Counted from the stretch's first letter, positions 29,592 to 39,034 are shown. The stretch: DNA of 64,000 nucleotides from an uncultured Alphaproteobacteria bacterium (GCA_966211335.1 CBIHNF010000001.1:151079-215078), one strand, 5' to 3'. Numbers and translations: made by a program. Notes: generated from the letters alone by a model not told the origin.

Positions 29592-31382
29592 ATGCAACAG
29601 ACCTATCCTATCGTCGAACATGAATATGACGTCGTTGTCGTCGGCGCCGGCGGCGCAGGCCTCCGCGCCACTTTCGGCATGGCGGAAAAAGGCCTAAAAA
29701 CCGCCTGCATCACGAAGGTGTTCCCGACCCGCTCGCACACTGTCGCGGCGCAGGGCGGCATTTCTGCCGCGCTTGGCAACAACGGTGAAGACGACTGGCG
29801 CTGGCACATGTACGACACCGTCAAGGGCTCCGACTGGCTCGGCGACCAGGACGCAATTGAATATATGTGCCGTGAAGCTATTCCCGCGGTGATCGAGCTG
29901 GAACACTACGGCGTGCCGTTCAGCCGCACCGATGAAGGCAAGATTTACCAGCGCGCCTTCGGCGGCATGACGACGCATATGGGCAAGGGCACCGCGCGCC
30001 GCACCTGCGCCGCTGCCGACCGCACAGGCCACGCCATTCTGCACACGCTGTACCAGCAGTCCCTGAAACACAAAGCCGAATTCTTCATCGAATATTTCGC
30101 GCTCGACCTCATCATGGATGATGAAGGCGTTTGCCGCGGCGTGATGGCGTGGAATTTGGCGGATGGCACCATCCACCGCTTCCGCGCGCATTCGGTTGTG
30201 CTGGCGACGGGCGGTTACGGCCGCGCCTATTTCTCCTGCACCTCGGCGCATACCTGCACGGGCGATGGCAATGCCATGGTCCTGCGCGCGGGCCTGCCGC
30301 TGCAGGACATGGAATTCATCCAGTTCCACCCGACCGGCATTTACGGCGCCGGCTGCCTGATCACCGAAGGCGTGCGCGGCGAAGGCGGCTACCTCACCAA
30401 TTCCGAAGGCGAGCGGTTTATGGAGCGCTATGCGCCTTCCGCTAAAGATCTCGCTTCGCGAGATGTCGTCTCCCGCTCCATGACCATCGAAATCCGCGAA
30501 GGCCGCGGCGTCGGCGACCAAAAAGACCATATCCACCTGCACCTTGAACACCTTGACCCCGCCATCATCCGCGAGCGCCTGCCGGGCATTGCGGAGACCG
30601 CGCGCATCTTCTCCAACGTCGATGTGACGAAGGCGCCGATCCCCGTGCTGCCGACGGTGCATTACAACATGGGCGGTATTCCGACCAACGTGCATACGGA
30701 AGTCGTCAACCCGACGAAGGATGACCCCGACCGTATCGTGCCGGGCCTGATGGCGGTGGGGGAAGCGGCCTGCGTTTCCGTGCATGGCGCGAACCGCCTC
30801 GGCTCCAACTCCCTCCTCGACCTCGTCGTCTTCGGGCGCGCGGCCGCAATTCAGGCGGCGAAAGTGATTACCCCCGGCGCATCGCACAAGCGCCTGCCGG
30901 CCGATGCCGGCAGCAATTCGCTGGAACGCCTTGACCGGTTGCGCAATGCAAAGGGCGCGACGCGCACCTCCGCCCTCCGCCTCAACATGCAGAAAACGAT
31001 GCAGGAACACTGCGCGGTTTTCCGCACCTCGAAGCTGCTCAAAGAAGGCGTCGACAAGATGGGCAAGCTCTTTGGCGGCAGAGCCGACCTTGGCGTTGCC
31101 GACCGCTCCATGATCTGGAACTCGGACCTTGTCGAAACCATCGAGCTTGATAACCTGATGTATCAGGCCGTTGCCTCCGTCGTTTCTGCGGAAAACCGCA
31201 AAGAATCCCGCGGCGCGCATGCGCATGAAGACTTCCCCGACCGCAACGATCAGGAATGGATGAAGCACAGCGTCGTCTACGTGAACGACGAGGGCAAGAC
31301 CAGCATGACCTACCGCCCCGTCCATATGCGCACGCTGACGAATGAAGCTGAAGTGGTGCCGCCGAAAGCGCGGGTTTACTAA
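29592..31382 (+). CDS. sdhA: Succinate dehydrogenase flavoprotein subunit
   Basis: [26 protein letters not shown] (covalent-FAD His), FHPTG and RGEGG are present, with a conserved C-terminus. Confidence 0.97.
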   Translation: MQQTYPIVEHEYDVVVVGAGGAGLRATFGMAEKGLKTACITKVFPTRSHTVAAQGGISAALGNNGEDDWRWHMYDTVKGSDWLGDQDAIEYMCREAIPAVIELEHYGVPFSRTDEGKIYQRAFGGMTTHMGKGTARRTCAAADRTGHAILHTLYQQSLKHKAEFFIEYFALDLIMDDEGVCRGVMAWNLADGTIHRFRAHSVVLATGGYGRAYFSCTSAHTCTGDGNAMVLRAGLPLQDMEFIQFHPTGIYGAGCLITEGVRGEGGYLTNSEGERFMERYAPSAKDLASRDVVSRSMTIEIREGRGVGDQKDHIHLHLEHLDPAIIRERLPGIAETARIFSNVDVTKAPIPVLPTVHYNMGGIPTNVHTEVVNPTKDDPDRIVPGLMAVGEAACVSVHGANRLGSNSLLDLVVFGRAAAIQAAKVITPGASHKRLPADAGSNSLERLDRLRNAKGATRTSALRLNMQKTMQEHCAVFRTSKLLKEGVDKMGKLFGGRADLGVADRSMIWNSDLVETIELDNLMYQAVASVVSAENRKESRGAHAHEDFPDRNDQEWMKHSVVYVNDEGKTSMTYRPVHMRTLTNEAEVVPPKARVY

Positions 31383-31385
31383 GCC

Positions 31386-31826
31386 ATGAAGCGCTGCGCC
31401 TTCGCCTCCCTCGCTGTTGTTGCCGCTGTTATTTCGGTATCAGCCGCGATTGCGGCGACGACCAGCACCGAGACGATCGAGAAATGCTGGAAACCCGGCA
31501 TGAGCCATGACGCAGCGATGGATTGCGAAGCCGCTGAACTGAAAATCGTCGAAAAGCAGCTTGATAATCTTTACGCAAAGCTACACGCAGAAGCCAAGGA
31601 ATGGGAAAGCGAGTCGCCTGATAGCGTTGCCTATCAAGGGCTAAATGAAAATTTAAGCAAAAGCGAGGCTGCCTTCAAAGCGTTTGTGAAAGCACAATGC
31701 GGTTATGAAGTTCAGCTCTATGGTACGGGAAACGGAGCAGGAGACGCTATGTCTCTTTGCCCAATTCGCCTGATTTCAGAGCAGCTCAAAAGTCTTGAGC
31801 CCACTAAAAATCCACGCAAGAACTAG
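31386..31826 (+). CDS. Exported DUF1311 / LprI-like (lysozyme-inhibitor-like) protein
   Basis: A signal peptide (MKRCAFASLAVVAAVISVSAAIA) is followed by C...M.DC...E....EKQLDNLYAKL...AFKAFVKAQC, the Cys-framed helical DUF1311 pattern. GC is visibly lower than in sdhA. Confidence 0.65.
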   Translation: MKRCAFASLAVVAAVISVSAAIAATTSTETIEKCWKPGMSHDAAMDCEAAELKIVEKQLDNLYAKLHAEAKEWESESPDSVAYQGLNENLSKSEAAFKAFVKAQCGYEVQLYGTGNGAGDAMSLCPIRLISEQLKSLEPTKNPRKN

Positions 31827-31834
31827 CCCGATTT

Positions 31835-31905
31835 GTCATCGGGAACGCAGTGAGGGATCTCCTCTTGCTGAAGAAGTGGAGATTTCTCGCTGCGCTCGAG
31901 ATGAC
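31835..31905. repeat. Imperfect 28-bp inverted repeat (hairpin-forming element) between convergent genes
   Basis: GTCATCgggaACGCAGtGAGggATCTCC (31835-31862) pairs with GGAGATttCTCgCTGCGcTcgaGATGAC (31878-31905), separated by a 15-nt loop. It could act as a bidirectional terminator or be a REP/MITE-like unit. Confidence 0.5.
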
Positions 31906-31916
31906 AGTGTTTCGGA

Positions 31917-32210
31917 TTACGGCTGAACGCGTTTCAGGCTTTTCGCATCAATCGCGTTGTTTTTGACGGTGACTTCGTAGGCGCGCTCGGTGCCGCCAAA
32001 CTGGGGTTTCAGGGCGACGGTGTTGAAAGCGGTGCCGGCCTTGCCCTGGCGCTTCATTTCATCGAAGCCGCGGGTGATGACTTTAATATCATCATCGGGG
32101 CCGAAGCAGCCGCCGCTGGTGACGGAGGCCGAAAAAACCTCGACGCCGTCTTTTTTGAAGCTGACGTTGGAAAAGCTGGCCATGATGCCGAGGGGCTGAT
32201 GCTTGGGCAT
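31917..32210 (-). CDS. Hypothetical small protein
   Basis: This 97-aa ORF, or about 88 aa from MASFSNVSF, lies inside the sdhA-sdhB gap and is convergent with the DUF1311 gene. Composition is coding-like but I recognise no family. Confidence 0.4.
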   Translation of the reverse strand: MPKHQPLGIMASFSNVSFKKDGVEVFSASVTSGGCFGPDDDIKVITRGFDEMKRQGKAGTAFNTVALKPQFGGTERAYEVTVKNNAIDAKSLKRVQP

Positions 32211-32418
32211 GCTGAAAATCCTTTAAATGAAAATTTGAAAACCGGATATTCAAGTACCAACTGCGCCTGTTTCTGTCAATCGCACCCGCCTTGGGGCAAT
32301 ATGGCAAAAAGCCAAGTGGTTGAAATTAAAATAATTTGCAAGTTCCCCCTTTCCTTCCGGCGCCAAAATGCATATTTTTGAGTGACTGTTTTCACTAAAC
32401 GCCAGCGGAATAAACCAG

Positions 32419-33213
32419 ATGGTCGAATTTAGCCTTCCGAAGAACTCCAAAATCACCGACGGGCAGAGCTTTAAAGCCGCCCCCGACGCGAAAAAGACGC
32501 GCAACTTCCGCGTCTACCGCTGGAATCCGGACGACAAAAAAAACCCGCGCCTCGACAGCTATGAAATCGACATGGCCAAATGCGGGCCCATGGTTCTGGA
32601 CGCGCTCATCTACATCAAGAACGAAGTCGACCCGACGCTGACCTTCCGCCGCTCCTGCCGCGAAGGGGTCTGCGGTTCCTGCGCGATGAACATCGATGGC
32701 ACCAACACGCTGGCCTGCACAAAGCACCTTGATGATATCAAGGGCGAGGTGAAAATCACCCCTCTGCCGCATATGCCGGTCATCAAGGACCTCGTGCCGG
32801 ATCTTTCCATTCCCTATGCGCAGCTGGCCACCATCGAGCCATGGATGAAAAAGGAATCGCCGGCGCCGAGCCGCGAGAACCTGCAAAGCTCCGATGATGC
32901 GAATTTGCTGAACGGCGATGACGGCAAAGGCCCCGCCGCCTGCATTTTGTGCTTCTGCTGCTCGACGTCCTGCCCCAGCTACTGGTGGAACGGCGAGCGC
33001 TTTTTGGGCCCCGCCGTTCTTATTCAGGCCTACCGCTGGATTGCCGATACGCGCGATGAAGGCACCGGCGAGCGCCTTGACCAGCTGGAAGACCCCTTCC
33101 GGTTGTACCGCTGCCACACCATTATGAACTGCACCAATGCCTGCCCCAAGGGCCTCAACCCGGCGCTGGCGATTGCAGAGATCAAAAAGTTAATGGTCGC
33201 GCGCAAAGTCTAA
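32419..33213 (+). CDS. sdhB: Succinate dehydrogenase iron-sulfur subunit
   Basis: The three Cys clusters are present: [27 protein letters not shown] and [17 protein letters not shown]. Confidence 0.97.
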   Translation: MVEFSLPKNSKITDGQSFKAAPDAKKTRNFRVYRWNPDDKKNPRLDSYEIDMAKCGPMVLDALIYIKNEVDPTLTFRRSCREGVCGSCAMNIDGTNTLACTKHLDDIKGEVKITPLPHMPVIKDLVPDLSIPYAQLATIEPWMKKESPAPSRENLQSSDDANLLNGDDGKGPAACILCFCCSTSCPSYWWNGERFLGPAVLIQAYRWIADTRDEGTGERLDQLEDPFRLYRCHTIMNCTNACPKGLNPALAIAEIKKLMVARKV

Positions 33214-33294
33214 GACTTTCATGCGCTAAAAACCGCTCCTTGCCACAAGTTTTATTGCGGCTATGATATTGGCTATCCAATATAAGGAATTGCC

Positions 33295-34164
33295 ATGCAA
33301 GCAGCTCAACCGATGGTTACGCCCGATGTGCCCAATCACGTGACGCAGCACAAGCATCACGTTGAACTGTCGGCGACGATGGTGAAGGCGAAGCTGGGCG
33401 CGCGGCAGCCGAAAATCGCCATCATCCTCGGCTCCGGCCTTGGCGGGCTTGGCGACAAGGTGACGGATGCAGTCAAGATTTCCTATACCGAGCTGCCGGG
33501 TTTCCCCACCCTTACCATTCCCGGCCATAACGGCGAATTGATTGCGGGGAAATTAAACGGCGTCGAGGTCATCGCCCTCAAAGGCCGCAAGCATTTTTAC
33601 GAGACGGAAGACCCCTACCCGCTGAAAACCATGATCCGCACATTAAAAGCCGTGGGTGTTGATACGCTGTTCGTCTCGAATGCAGCCGGCAGCCTGCGCG
33701 CCGATATTGGCGTGTCCGAACTCATGATGATCACCGACCATATCAACTACATGGGCTTCAACCCGCTGGTCGGCGCGAATGACGAGAATTTCGGCCCCCG
33801 TTTTGTGCCGCTGACGGATGCCTGGGACGCAGACCTCCGCGCCAAGCTGAAAACCGCTGCAAAGAAAATCAACATTCCGCTGCATGAAGGCGTCTACATC
33901 GCCTTCCGCGGCCCGACGTTTGAAACCCCCGCCGAAATCCGCATGGCGAAAACCATGGGCGCCGATGCCGTCGGCATGTCGAGCGTGCCGGACTGCATTA
34001 TCGCGCGGCACTGTGGTATGCGCGTTGTGGGTTGTTCCTGCATCACAAATATGGGCGCAGGCTTGTCGGATGAAAAAATCAGCCATGCGCATACGTTGGA
34101 AAACGCTGGCCGGGGTGCTGCGAATTTTGAAAAGCTGGTGCAGGAGTTTGTGACGCTGCTATGA
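33295..34164 (+). CDS. Purine nucleoside phosphorylase (trimeric PNP/PunA type)
   Basis: AIILGSGLGGL...LPGFPTLTIPGHNGELIAGKL...GRKHFYE...VSNAAGSL...GPRF...FRGPTFETPAEIRM...GADAVGMS are canonical PNP-family motifs. Confidence 0.9.
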   Translation: MQAAQPMVTPDVPNHVTQHKHHVELSATMVKAKLGARQPKIAIILGSGLGGLGDKVTDAVKISYTELPGFPTLTIPGHNGELIAGKLNGVEVIALKGRKHFYETEDPYPLKTMIRTLKAVGVDTLFVSNAAGSLRADIGVSELMMITDHINYMGFNPLVGANDENFGPRFVPLTDAWDADLRAKLKTAAKKINIPLHEGVYIAFRGPTFETPAEIRMAKTMGADAVGMSSVPDCIIARHCGMRVVGCSCITNMGAGLSDEKISHAHTLENAGRGAANFEKLVQEFVTLL

Positions 34165-34907
34165 AGTGCATCGACCTGCCATCGCCGAACTTTAATGACC
34201 GTCGCGAAGGCACGTCGCTGGATTACATCGTCATCCATTACACCAGCATGGATTCCACGAAAGCCGCGCTTGACCGGCTGACCGACCCGAAGTCGGAGGT
34301 CAGCGCCCATTACCTGATTGACGAAAAAGGCAATATCTACACGCTGGTGGATGAGGAAAAACGCGCCTGGCACGCCGGCATTTCCAGCTGGATGGGGAAG
34401 GATGATTTGAATTCCCGCTCCATCGGCATTGAAATGTCGAACCGCGACAACCAGCCCTATACGAATGAGCAGCTTTTCTCGCTCGCGCTGCTGTGCAAGG
34501 ACATCATGTTCCGCCGCGGGATTGCGCCGGAAAATATTTTGGGCCATTCCGATATTGCGCCAGACCGCAAACAGGACCCCGGCTACCACTTCCCTTGGGC
34601 AAAAATGGCGCGGCACGATATTGGCCGCTGGCCGAAGCCGACTATTAAAGACAAATTCAACGCCGCCGCCGTCGCGCGCAGCCCGCGCCAGCTGAAAGAA
34701 CTGTTCAAGGCGGCCGGCTATGGCGTGGAAGCGCATGGCAAGAACAAGCCCGCGCTGAAAGACATCATCAACGCCTTCCAGCAGCGGTATGAGCCGGAAT
34801 TGTTCAAGGACCCGACGGCGACGCCCGGCAAGGCGACGGCCGATACGGTCGCGAAACTCCGCGCCCTCGCCCGCATCAACCAGAACCCCGCTAAAAAACC
34901 CAAATGA
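34161..34907 (+). CDS. N-acetylmuramoyl-L-alanine amidase (AmpD/AmiD-like Amidase_2) with a C-terminal peptidoglycan-binding-like repeat
   Basis: PSPNFNDRR...IVIHYTSM...SAHYLIDEKG...AWHAGIS.W...NSRSIGIE...GHSDIAPDRKQDPG, followed by a C-terminal LKELFKAAGYGV...INAFQQRYEP. Confidence 0.85.
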   Translation: MKCIDLPSPNFNDRREGTSLDYIVIHYTSMDSTKAALDRLTDPKSEVSAHYLIDEKGNIYTLVDEEKRAWHAGISSWMGKDDLNSRSIGIEMSNRDNQPYTNEQLFSLALLCKDIMFRRGIAPENILGHSDIAPDRKQDPGYHFPWAKMARHDIGRWPKPTIKDKFNAAAVARSPRQLKELFKAAGYGVEAHGKNKPALKDIINAFQQRYEPELFKDPTATPGKATADTVAKLRALARINQNPAKKPK

Positions 34908-35641
34908 TTATTACGGATGCGCCATCCCCCAATTTCGGGCCGCGCGCGCATGGCAAAACACCGAGCCTGCTGATTTTGCATTACACCGATACGGCAACCG
35001 CCTTTGACGCGCTGCAGATTTTGCAGTCGCCGGAACGTCAGGTGTCATCTCACTATCTTGTCGATGAGCAGGGCATGGTGATGCGATTGGTGCCGGAGGA
35101 GATGCGCGCCTGGCATGCCGGCAAATCATGGTGGCAGGGAGAGGAAGATATCAATTCCACCTCCATCGGCATCGAGATTCAAAATCCGGGCCACGGTTTT
35201 GGCTATGTGCCTTTTCCGGAGGTGCAGATGGCGGCGGTGGCAAACCTCTGCCGCGATATCATCGCGCGCCATAAAATTCTGCCCTACCATGTGCTGGCGC
35301 ATTCCGATATTGCGCCGGAGCGGAAAAAGGACCCCGGCGAACTTTTCCCGTGGATGTCACTGGCCAACCAGAAAATCGGTTTGTGGCCGGAGCCGACCGA
35401 TACTGAAAAGCTGGATGCCGAGGAAACACCCGCGACGGAGGAAGACATCAAATCCCTCCTCACCCGCTACGGCTATGATCCGCGCCTTGATGCCAAAACC
35501 CTTATCACCGCCTTCCAGCGCCACTTCGAGCCGGAGGCGTTCTGGGATGACGAAAAGGTCGGCCTCATCACCGCCCGCACGGTATACCGCGCCAAAGCCC
35601 TTGTGCGTCAAAGGCTTGCGCTGCGACCGAAGGCGCTTTAA
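34904..35641 (+). CDS. N-acetylmuramoyl-L-alanine amidase (AmpD/AmiD-like), tandem paralog
   Basis: It has the same motif series: PSPNFGPR, LILHYTDT, SSHYLVDEQG, AWHAGKSWW, NSTSIGIE, AHSDIAPERKKDPG and ITAFQRHFEP. There is a 4-nt overlap with the upstream copy. Confidence 0.85.
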   Translation: MIITDAPSPNFGPRAHGKTPSLLILHYTDTATAFDALQILQSPERQVSSHYLVDEQGMVMRLVPEEMRAWHAGKSWWQGEEDINSTSIGIEIQNPGHGFGYVPFPEVQMAAVANLCRDIIARHKILPYHVLAHSDIAPERKKDPGELFPWMSLANQKIGLWPEPTDTEKLDAEETPATEEDIKSLLTRYGYDPRLDAKTLITAFQRHFEPEAFWDDEKVGLITARTVYRAKALVRQRLALRPKAL

Positions 35642-35692
35642 GTATTCATAATCACCTTGACGGGCTGCCCTTGCGGGTCTACTCTGCCACGA

Positions 35693-36080
35693 AACCAGAG
35701 GGCCGGATGACCGCGGTAGCGATATCGAGGAAAGTCCGGGCTCCATGAGAATCCGGTGCCGGATAACGTCCGGCGAAGGTGACTTCAGGGAAAGTGCCAC
35801 AGAGAACATACCGCCAACCGTCCCTTCGGGGTCGCGGCAAGGGTGAAAAGGTGCGGTAAGAGCGCACCGCGGTCTTGGTAACAAGACTGGCATGGAAAAC
35901 CCCACCGGGAGCAAGACCAAATAGGGAGAGCACGTAACGGCTTCGGCCGCGACAGGGCCCGTTTTTCAGCCCCGCTTTCCGGGTTGGTTGCTAGAGGCTG
36001 CAAGTAATTGCAGTTCGAGATGAATGGTCATCCGTGCCCGCAAGGGCGCGACAAAACCCGGCTTACAGGCCCTCTGGTTT
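35693..36080 (+). ncRNA. rnpB: RNase P RNA, bacterial type A
   Basis: GAGGAAAGTCCGGGCTCC lies at about 35727-35744, with GGGTGAAAAGGTGCGGTAAGAGCGCACC and ACAAAACCCGGCTTACAG. The terminal P1 pairing is CCAGAGGGCC...GGCCCTCTGG, followed by a T-run. All ORFs listed across this interval are spurious. Confidence 0.93.
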
Positions 36081-36112
36081 ATTTTTTTTGAGTTGATTGA
36101 AGGATACGCATC

Positions 36113-37408
36113 ATGAGCTATGACACCGTCGAAGGCATCCATTACATTTTTGACCGCTATGCGTTCATCAATCAAATCATGGCGGACGGCGGCTTTCCGG
36201 TGCGGATTTCTGAAAGCTCCGACAAGGCGGAAATTTCCAAGGCCTTCGGCCATGCGCGCGGCATGTACCACCCCGACCGCCAGGCCCGTACGGGGGAGGA
36301 AATGCGCAAGAAGGCCGAACAGAAAACCCTGCTGATTGGCGATTGCGAGCGCTTCCTCAACAACCCCGAGCTGAAAAGTTTTTACGACGCCAAGCTGGCC
36401 GAATTCCGCGAGAATACGCCGCATCTTGTCAGCAAGGACGGCACGGCGATGATTGATTTGTCGCGCACCTTCTTCGATATTTCGGCGCTGCTGTCGGACA
36501 AAGTCGTCGATACCTCCGGCTTCGAGGCGCAGGTGAAATCCATGCTGCAGTACGATGAATCGCGCGTTGAGCAGGCGAAAAGCCTGTTCGATATGCTGCC
36601 CGATAACCCGAAGGTGCAGGGCGTTTACCGCGACGCGCTGACGCAGAAGTATGTTTACCTGACGTTGCTTGAAGATTCCGCTTGGGCGAAAGTCGGCTAC
36701 ATGAACCGCAAGGAAAAAGAAGAAGGCTTCCTGGCCTCGCCGAAGGACTACACCAAGCGCATTGAAGCCGCGCTGCAAAAATCTGCCGCGCGCGATATTG
36801 AATCGACCGTCGAGCGCAACGGGGAAATTGCACGCCTCGGCATGGCGCGGACGCCGCTGATGCTGGATGCCGTTGAAGGTACCATGCCGACCGCCGTGAA
36901 CGAACAGACCGCGCCCGAGCAATACGAAGGCCTGATGGTGAAGTTCAAGGAAGTCGCCCGCAAGAACTTTGAAATTCGCGCCGAATATGTGCGCGATGTG
37001 GCAAAGCAAAAGCAGGAAGTGCTGGAAACCCTTTGCACCCTCTCGCCGACGGAAGAGCTGATGACGCCGGACCTCGCCAAAGACACCGTGGTTGATTTCA
37101 TTCTGCTCAACCCGCCGGAAGACGGGCAGCAGAAGGCGCTGTTCCGCATGTTCCTCGATACCGCGACCGGCAATGCCGGCATCGCCGAAACCTATAAGGG
37201 CGAAACCCTGGCGGATATCAAAACCGCGGGCGTGCCGCGCGGCACCTTCGCCATCACCCGCAACCCCGAGATCAGCGATATCATGGTGGAAGCCGGCGCG
37301 GCGGCGGAGCGCTACCTTGATAAAGTCGAGGCGGCGAAACCCAAAGCCGAGCAGACACCCAAGCAGAAGATTCGCAAGCCGAAAGCGCCGAAGGCTCCCG
37401 GCCAATAA
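36113..37408 (+). CDS. Orphan J-domain-containing protein (431 aa) with an uncharacterised C-terminal region
   Basis: SSDKAEISKAFGHARGMYHPDRQ...MRKKAEQKTLLIGDCERFLNNPELKSFYD fits J-domain helix II, the HPD loop (nt 36269-36277) and helices III-IV. There is no G/F region and no zinc finger. It ends KIRKPKAPKAPGQ. The 518-aa antisense ORF is R/G/L-rich and was rejected. Confidence 0.7.
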   Translation: MSYDTVEGIHYIFDRYAFINQIMADGGFPVRISESSDKAEISKAFGHARGMYHPDRQARTGEEMRKKAEQKTLLIGDCERFLNNPELKSFYDAKLAEFRENTPHLVSKDGTAMIDLSRTFFDISALLSDKVVDTSGFEAQVKSMLQYDESRVEQAKSLFDMLPDNPKVQGVYRDALTQKYVYLTLLEDSAWAKVGYMNRKEKEEGFLASPKDYTKRIEAALQKSAARDIESTVERNGEIARLGMARTPLMLDAVEGTMPTAVNEQTAPEQYEGLMVKFKEVARKNFEIRAEYVRDVAKQKQEVLETLCTLSPTEELMTPDLAKDTVVDFILLNPPEDGQQKALFRMFLDTATGNAGIAETYKGETLADIKTAGVPRGTFAITRNPEISDIMVEAGAAAERYLDKVEAAKPKAEQTPKQKIRKPKAPKAPGQ

Positions 37409-37453
37409 TCTGGAAAACGAATTCAGCTTTTTTTCTAATATGTTAATCGTTGA

Positions 37454-37482
37454 TTGACATAGTAGTCCTGCTTTCGTAGGGT
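37454..37482 (+). promoter_or_regulatory. Sigma70-like promoter candidate (TTGACA-17-TAGGGT) ahead of the paralog array
   Basis: TTGACA at 37454-37459, a 17-nt spacer and TAGGGT at 37477-37482, within the 112-nt AT-richer gap between the J-domain gene and paralog 1. Confidence 0.35.
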
Positions 37483-37520
37483 GCCGCTGTCCCAAAATTG
37501 CTGCGATTTGAAGGTGCTCC

Positions 37521-37886
37521 ATGGCTGAAGTTTACGCTGCCCTCAATCCTTATACGCTGCGCGTTGTCGAAGAGGAAAAACGCACCCTCGACAATTACGG
37601 CTCGCAGTATATGACGCATCTTTCTTCCATCACCCGCACGTTCAATTTTCTGGCGGCGCAGGTGGAGACGGTGACGCGCGACCTGCTGTACCAGTCGCAC
37701 GGGTCGGAGCGCGGCGGTGCAGCCTCCGTCGCCACCCTGAGCCGCGTCGAAGGCTTCGACGAGCTGCCGAGTACGGCGGAAGTGCGCTACATGCACGAAA
37801 AACTGAAATCCCTCGGCGGTACGCCGCCCGCGCTGGAAGAAACCCTTGGCGGTTTCAAGAAGCAGCTAAAGCCGGTCGGGCCGTAA
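37521..37886 (+). CDS. Small protein, paralog 1 of a five-member tandem family
   Basis: Family motifs: LNPYTLRV; TRTFNFLAAQVETV; GFDELPSTAEVRYMHEKLKSLGGTPPALEE; tail KKQLKPVGP. It is closest to paralog 4. Confidence 0.7.
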   Translation: MAEVYAALNPYTLRVVEEEKRTLDNYGSQYMTHLSSITRTFNFLAAQVETVTRDLLYQSHGSERGGAASVATLSRVEGFDELPSTAEVRYMHEKLKSLGGTPPALEETLGGFKKQLKPVGP

Positions 37887-37890
37887 CGCC

Positions 37891-38241
37891 ATGGTCGTCA
37901 GCGAAGACTTCTACAAAATCAACGATCACAGCATTGCCCAGCGCACCAACCAGCGCGTCTGGGATGATGCCAACTGGACGCGCGATTCCACGCTCTGCCG
38001 TGAATTCAACTTCCAGTCCCGTCAGGTGACGGTGACGAACGAGGCCATGGTGTGGAAGAAAGCGGGTAACGAGCCTGCGGTCGGCACCAGCACTTTCGTT
38101 CAGAATTTCAGCGATATCGAGGGCCGCGGCGAGATTGAGCGCGCCCATGCGAAGCTCATCGAACTCGGCGGCGCACCGCCCGCGCTCGAGGATATTTTCG
38201 GCGCCGGTAAAAAGCCCGCCCGCCTGCCAACCGCGGATTGA
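37891..38241 (+). CDS. Small protein, paralog 2 of a five-member tandem family
   Basis: Family motifs: INDHSIAQ; CREFNFQSRQVTVT; NFSDIEGRGEIERAHAKLIELGGAPPALED; tail GKKPARLPTAD. It starts 4 nt after the paralog 1 stop. Confidence 0.7.
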   Translation: MVVSEDFYKINDHSIAQRTNQRVWDDANWTRDSTLCREFNFQSRQVTVTNEAMVWKKAGNEPAVGTSTFVQNFSDIEGRGEIERAHAKLIELGGAPPALEDIFGAGKKPARLPTAD

Positions 38242-38245
38242 ACAT

Positions 38246-38620
38246 ATGCCCCCCATCTTCAGAAAGATTGACGAATACACGCTGCAGGCCATTACGCCGC
38301 TGGGGGAGAAAGACGAGTGGGGTAACGCGCGCATCCGCCGCATTTTCAATTTTCAGGCGCGCGACGTGACGACGCTGTACGAGCGCGGCGGCAAGGTGGA
38401 CTATAAAATTCCCGGCCATAGCAACTATGTTGAGAAAGCCGCCGCTGCCATGGCGGTCACCAGCAGCATGACCCAGCGCAGCTTCAGCGATTTCGACAGC
38501 ATGGAGGAAATCATCGCCATGCACGCCAAGCTCAAGTCACTCGGCGGCACGCCGCCCGCTATCGACGATCTGGTCAACACGCTGCCGAAAAAACCAGCGA
38601 AACTGACGCCGCCCCAGTAG
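38246..38620 (+). CDS. Small protein, paralog 3 of a five-member tandem family
   Basis: Family motifs: IDEYTLQA; RRIFNFQARDVTTL; SFSDFDSMEEIIAMHAKLKSLGGTPPAIDD; tail PKKPAKLTPPQ. The start is at the ATG at 38246, 4 nt after the paralog 2 stop. The listed 38135 start would overlap paralog 2. Confidence 0.7.
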   Translation: MPPIFRKIDEYTLQAITPLGEKDEWGNARIRRIFNFQARDVTTLYERGGKVDYKIPGHSNYVEKAAAAMAVTSSMTQRSFSDFDSMEEIIAMHAKLKSLGGTPPAIDDLVNTLPKKPAKLTPPQ

Positions 38621-38641
38621 AAATTCAGTAAAGGAAACATC

Positions 38642-39010
38642 ATGCAGGAAGAATTCAACCGCGTCGGCGATTACACACTCCGTATCGATTTCCGCCGCAA
38701 TGATATTGAACGCGGCGGCGTGCAGAAATGCGACGGCTATACGAAGCTGTTCAACTTCCTGTCCCGTCAGGTGACGACGATCCACCGCGACTGGCTGTCG
38801 GAAGGCCGCGGCAGCAGCGCCGGGGGCAATTCCGCCGTCGCCGCCTCGACCACGATTGAAAGTTTCGACTCCCTGCCGTCGGATGCGGAAGTAAAATACA
38901 TGCATGCAAAACTCGTCACCCTTGGCGGCACGCCGCCCGAGCTGGAAGATGTCTTGCCGAAAACGCCGGCGAAACTGCCCGCCGCGCTGCGCCCCGCCAA
39001 TCAGGGTTAA
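38642..39010 (+). CDS. Small protein, paralog 4 of a five-member tandem family
   Basis: Family motifs: VGDYTLRI; TKLFNFLSRQVTTI; SFDSLPSDAEVKYMHAKLVTLGGTPPELED; tail PKTPAKLPAALRP. The RBS is AAAGGAAA. Confidence 0.7.
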   Translation: MQEEFNRVGDYTLRIDFRRNDIERGGVQKCDGYTKLFNFLSRQVTTIHRDWLSEGRGSSAGGNSAVAASTTIESFDSLPSDAEVKYMHAKLVTLGGTPPELEDVLPKTPAKLPAALRPANQG

Positions 39011-39034
39011 GATATTTTACGTAAGGTTAAAGCC

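Noticed and set aside
21726-31325. Many long opposite-strand or out-of-frame ORFs inside addA, addB and sdhA, for example 23189..25096 (635 aa), 25357..27357 (666 aa) and 29694..31325 (543 aa).
   Set aside because: They are shadow ORFs of confidently identified genes. Their translations are R/G/A/H-rich with no conserved motifs.
35357-36003. Several minus-strand ORFs (187, 84 and 72 aa) after the second amidase gene.
   Set aside because: The interval is the RNase P RNA gene on the plus strand, identified by the GAGGAAAGTCCGGGCTCC core and P1 pairing. It is not protein-coding.
35966-37522. A 518-aa minus-strand ORF, the longest unannotated ORF in the track.
   Set aside because: It is antisense to the J-domain gene and extends into rnpB. 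The translation is Arg/Gly/Leu/Ala-rich with no motifs, which is typical of a GC-rich shadow frame. The plus-strand frame has normal amino-acid composition and a recognisable J-domain.
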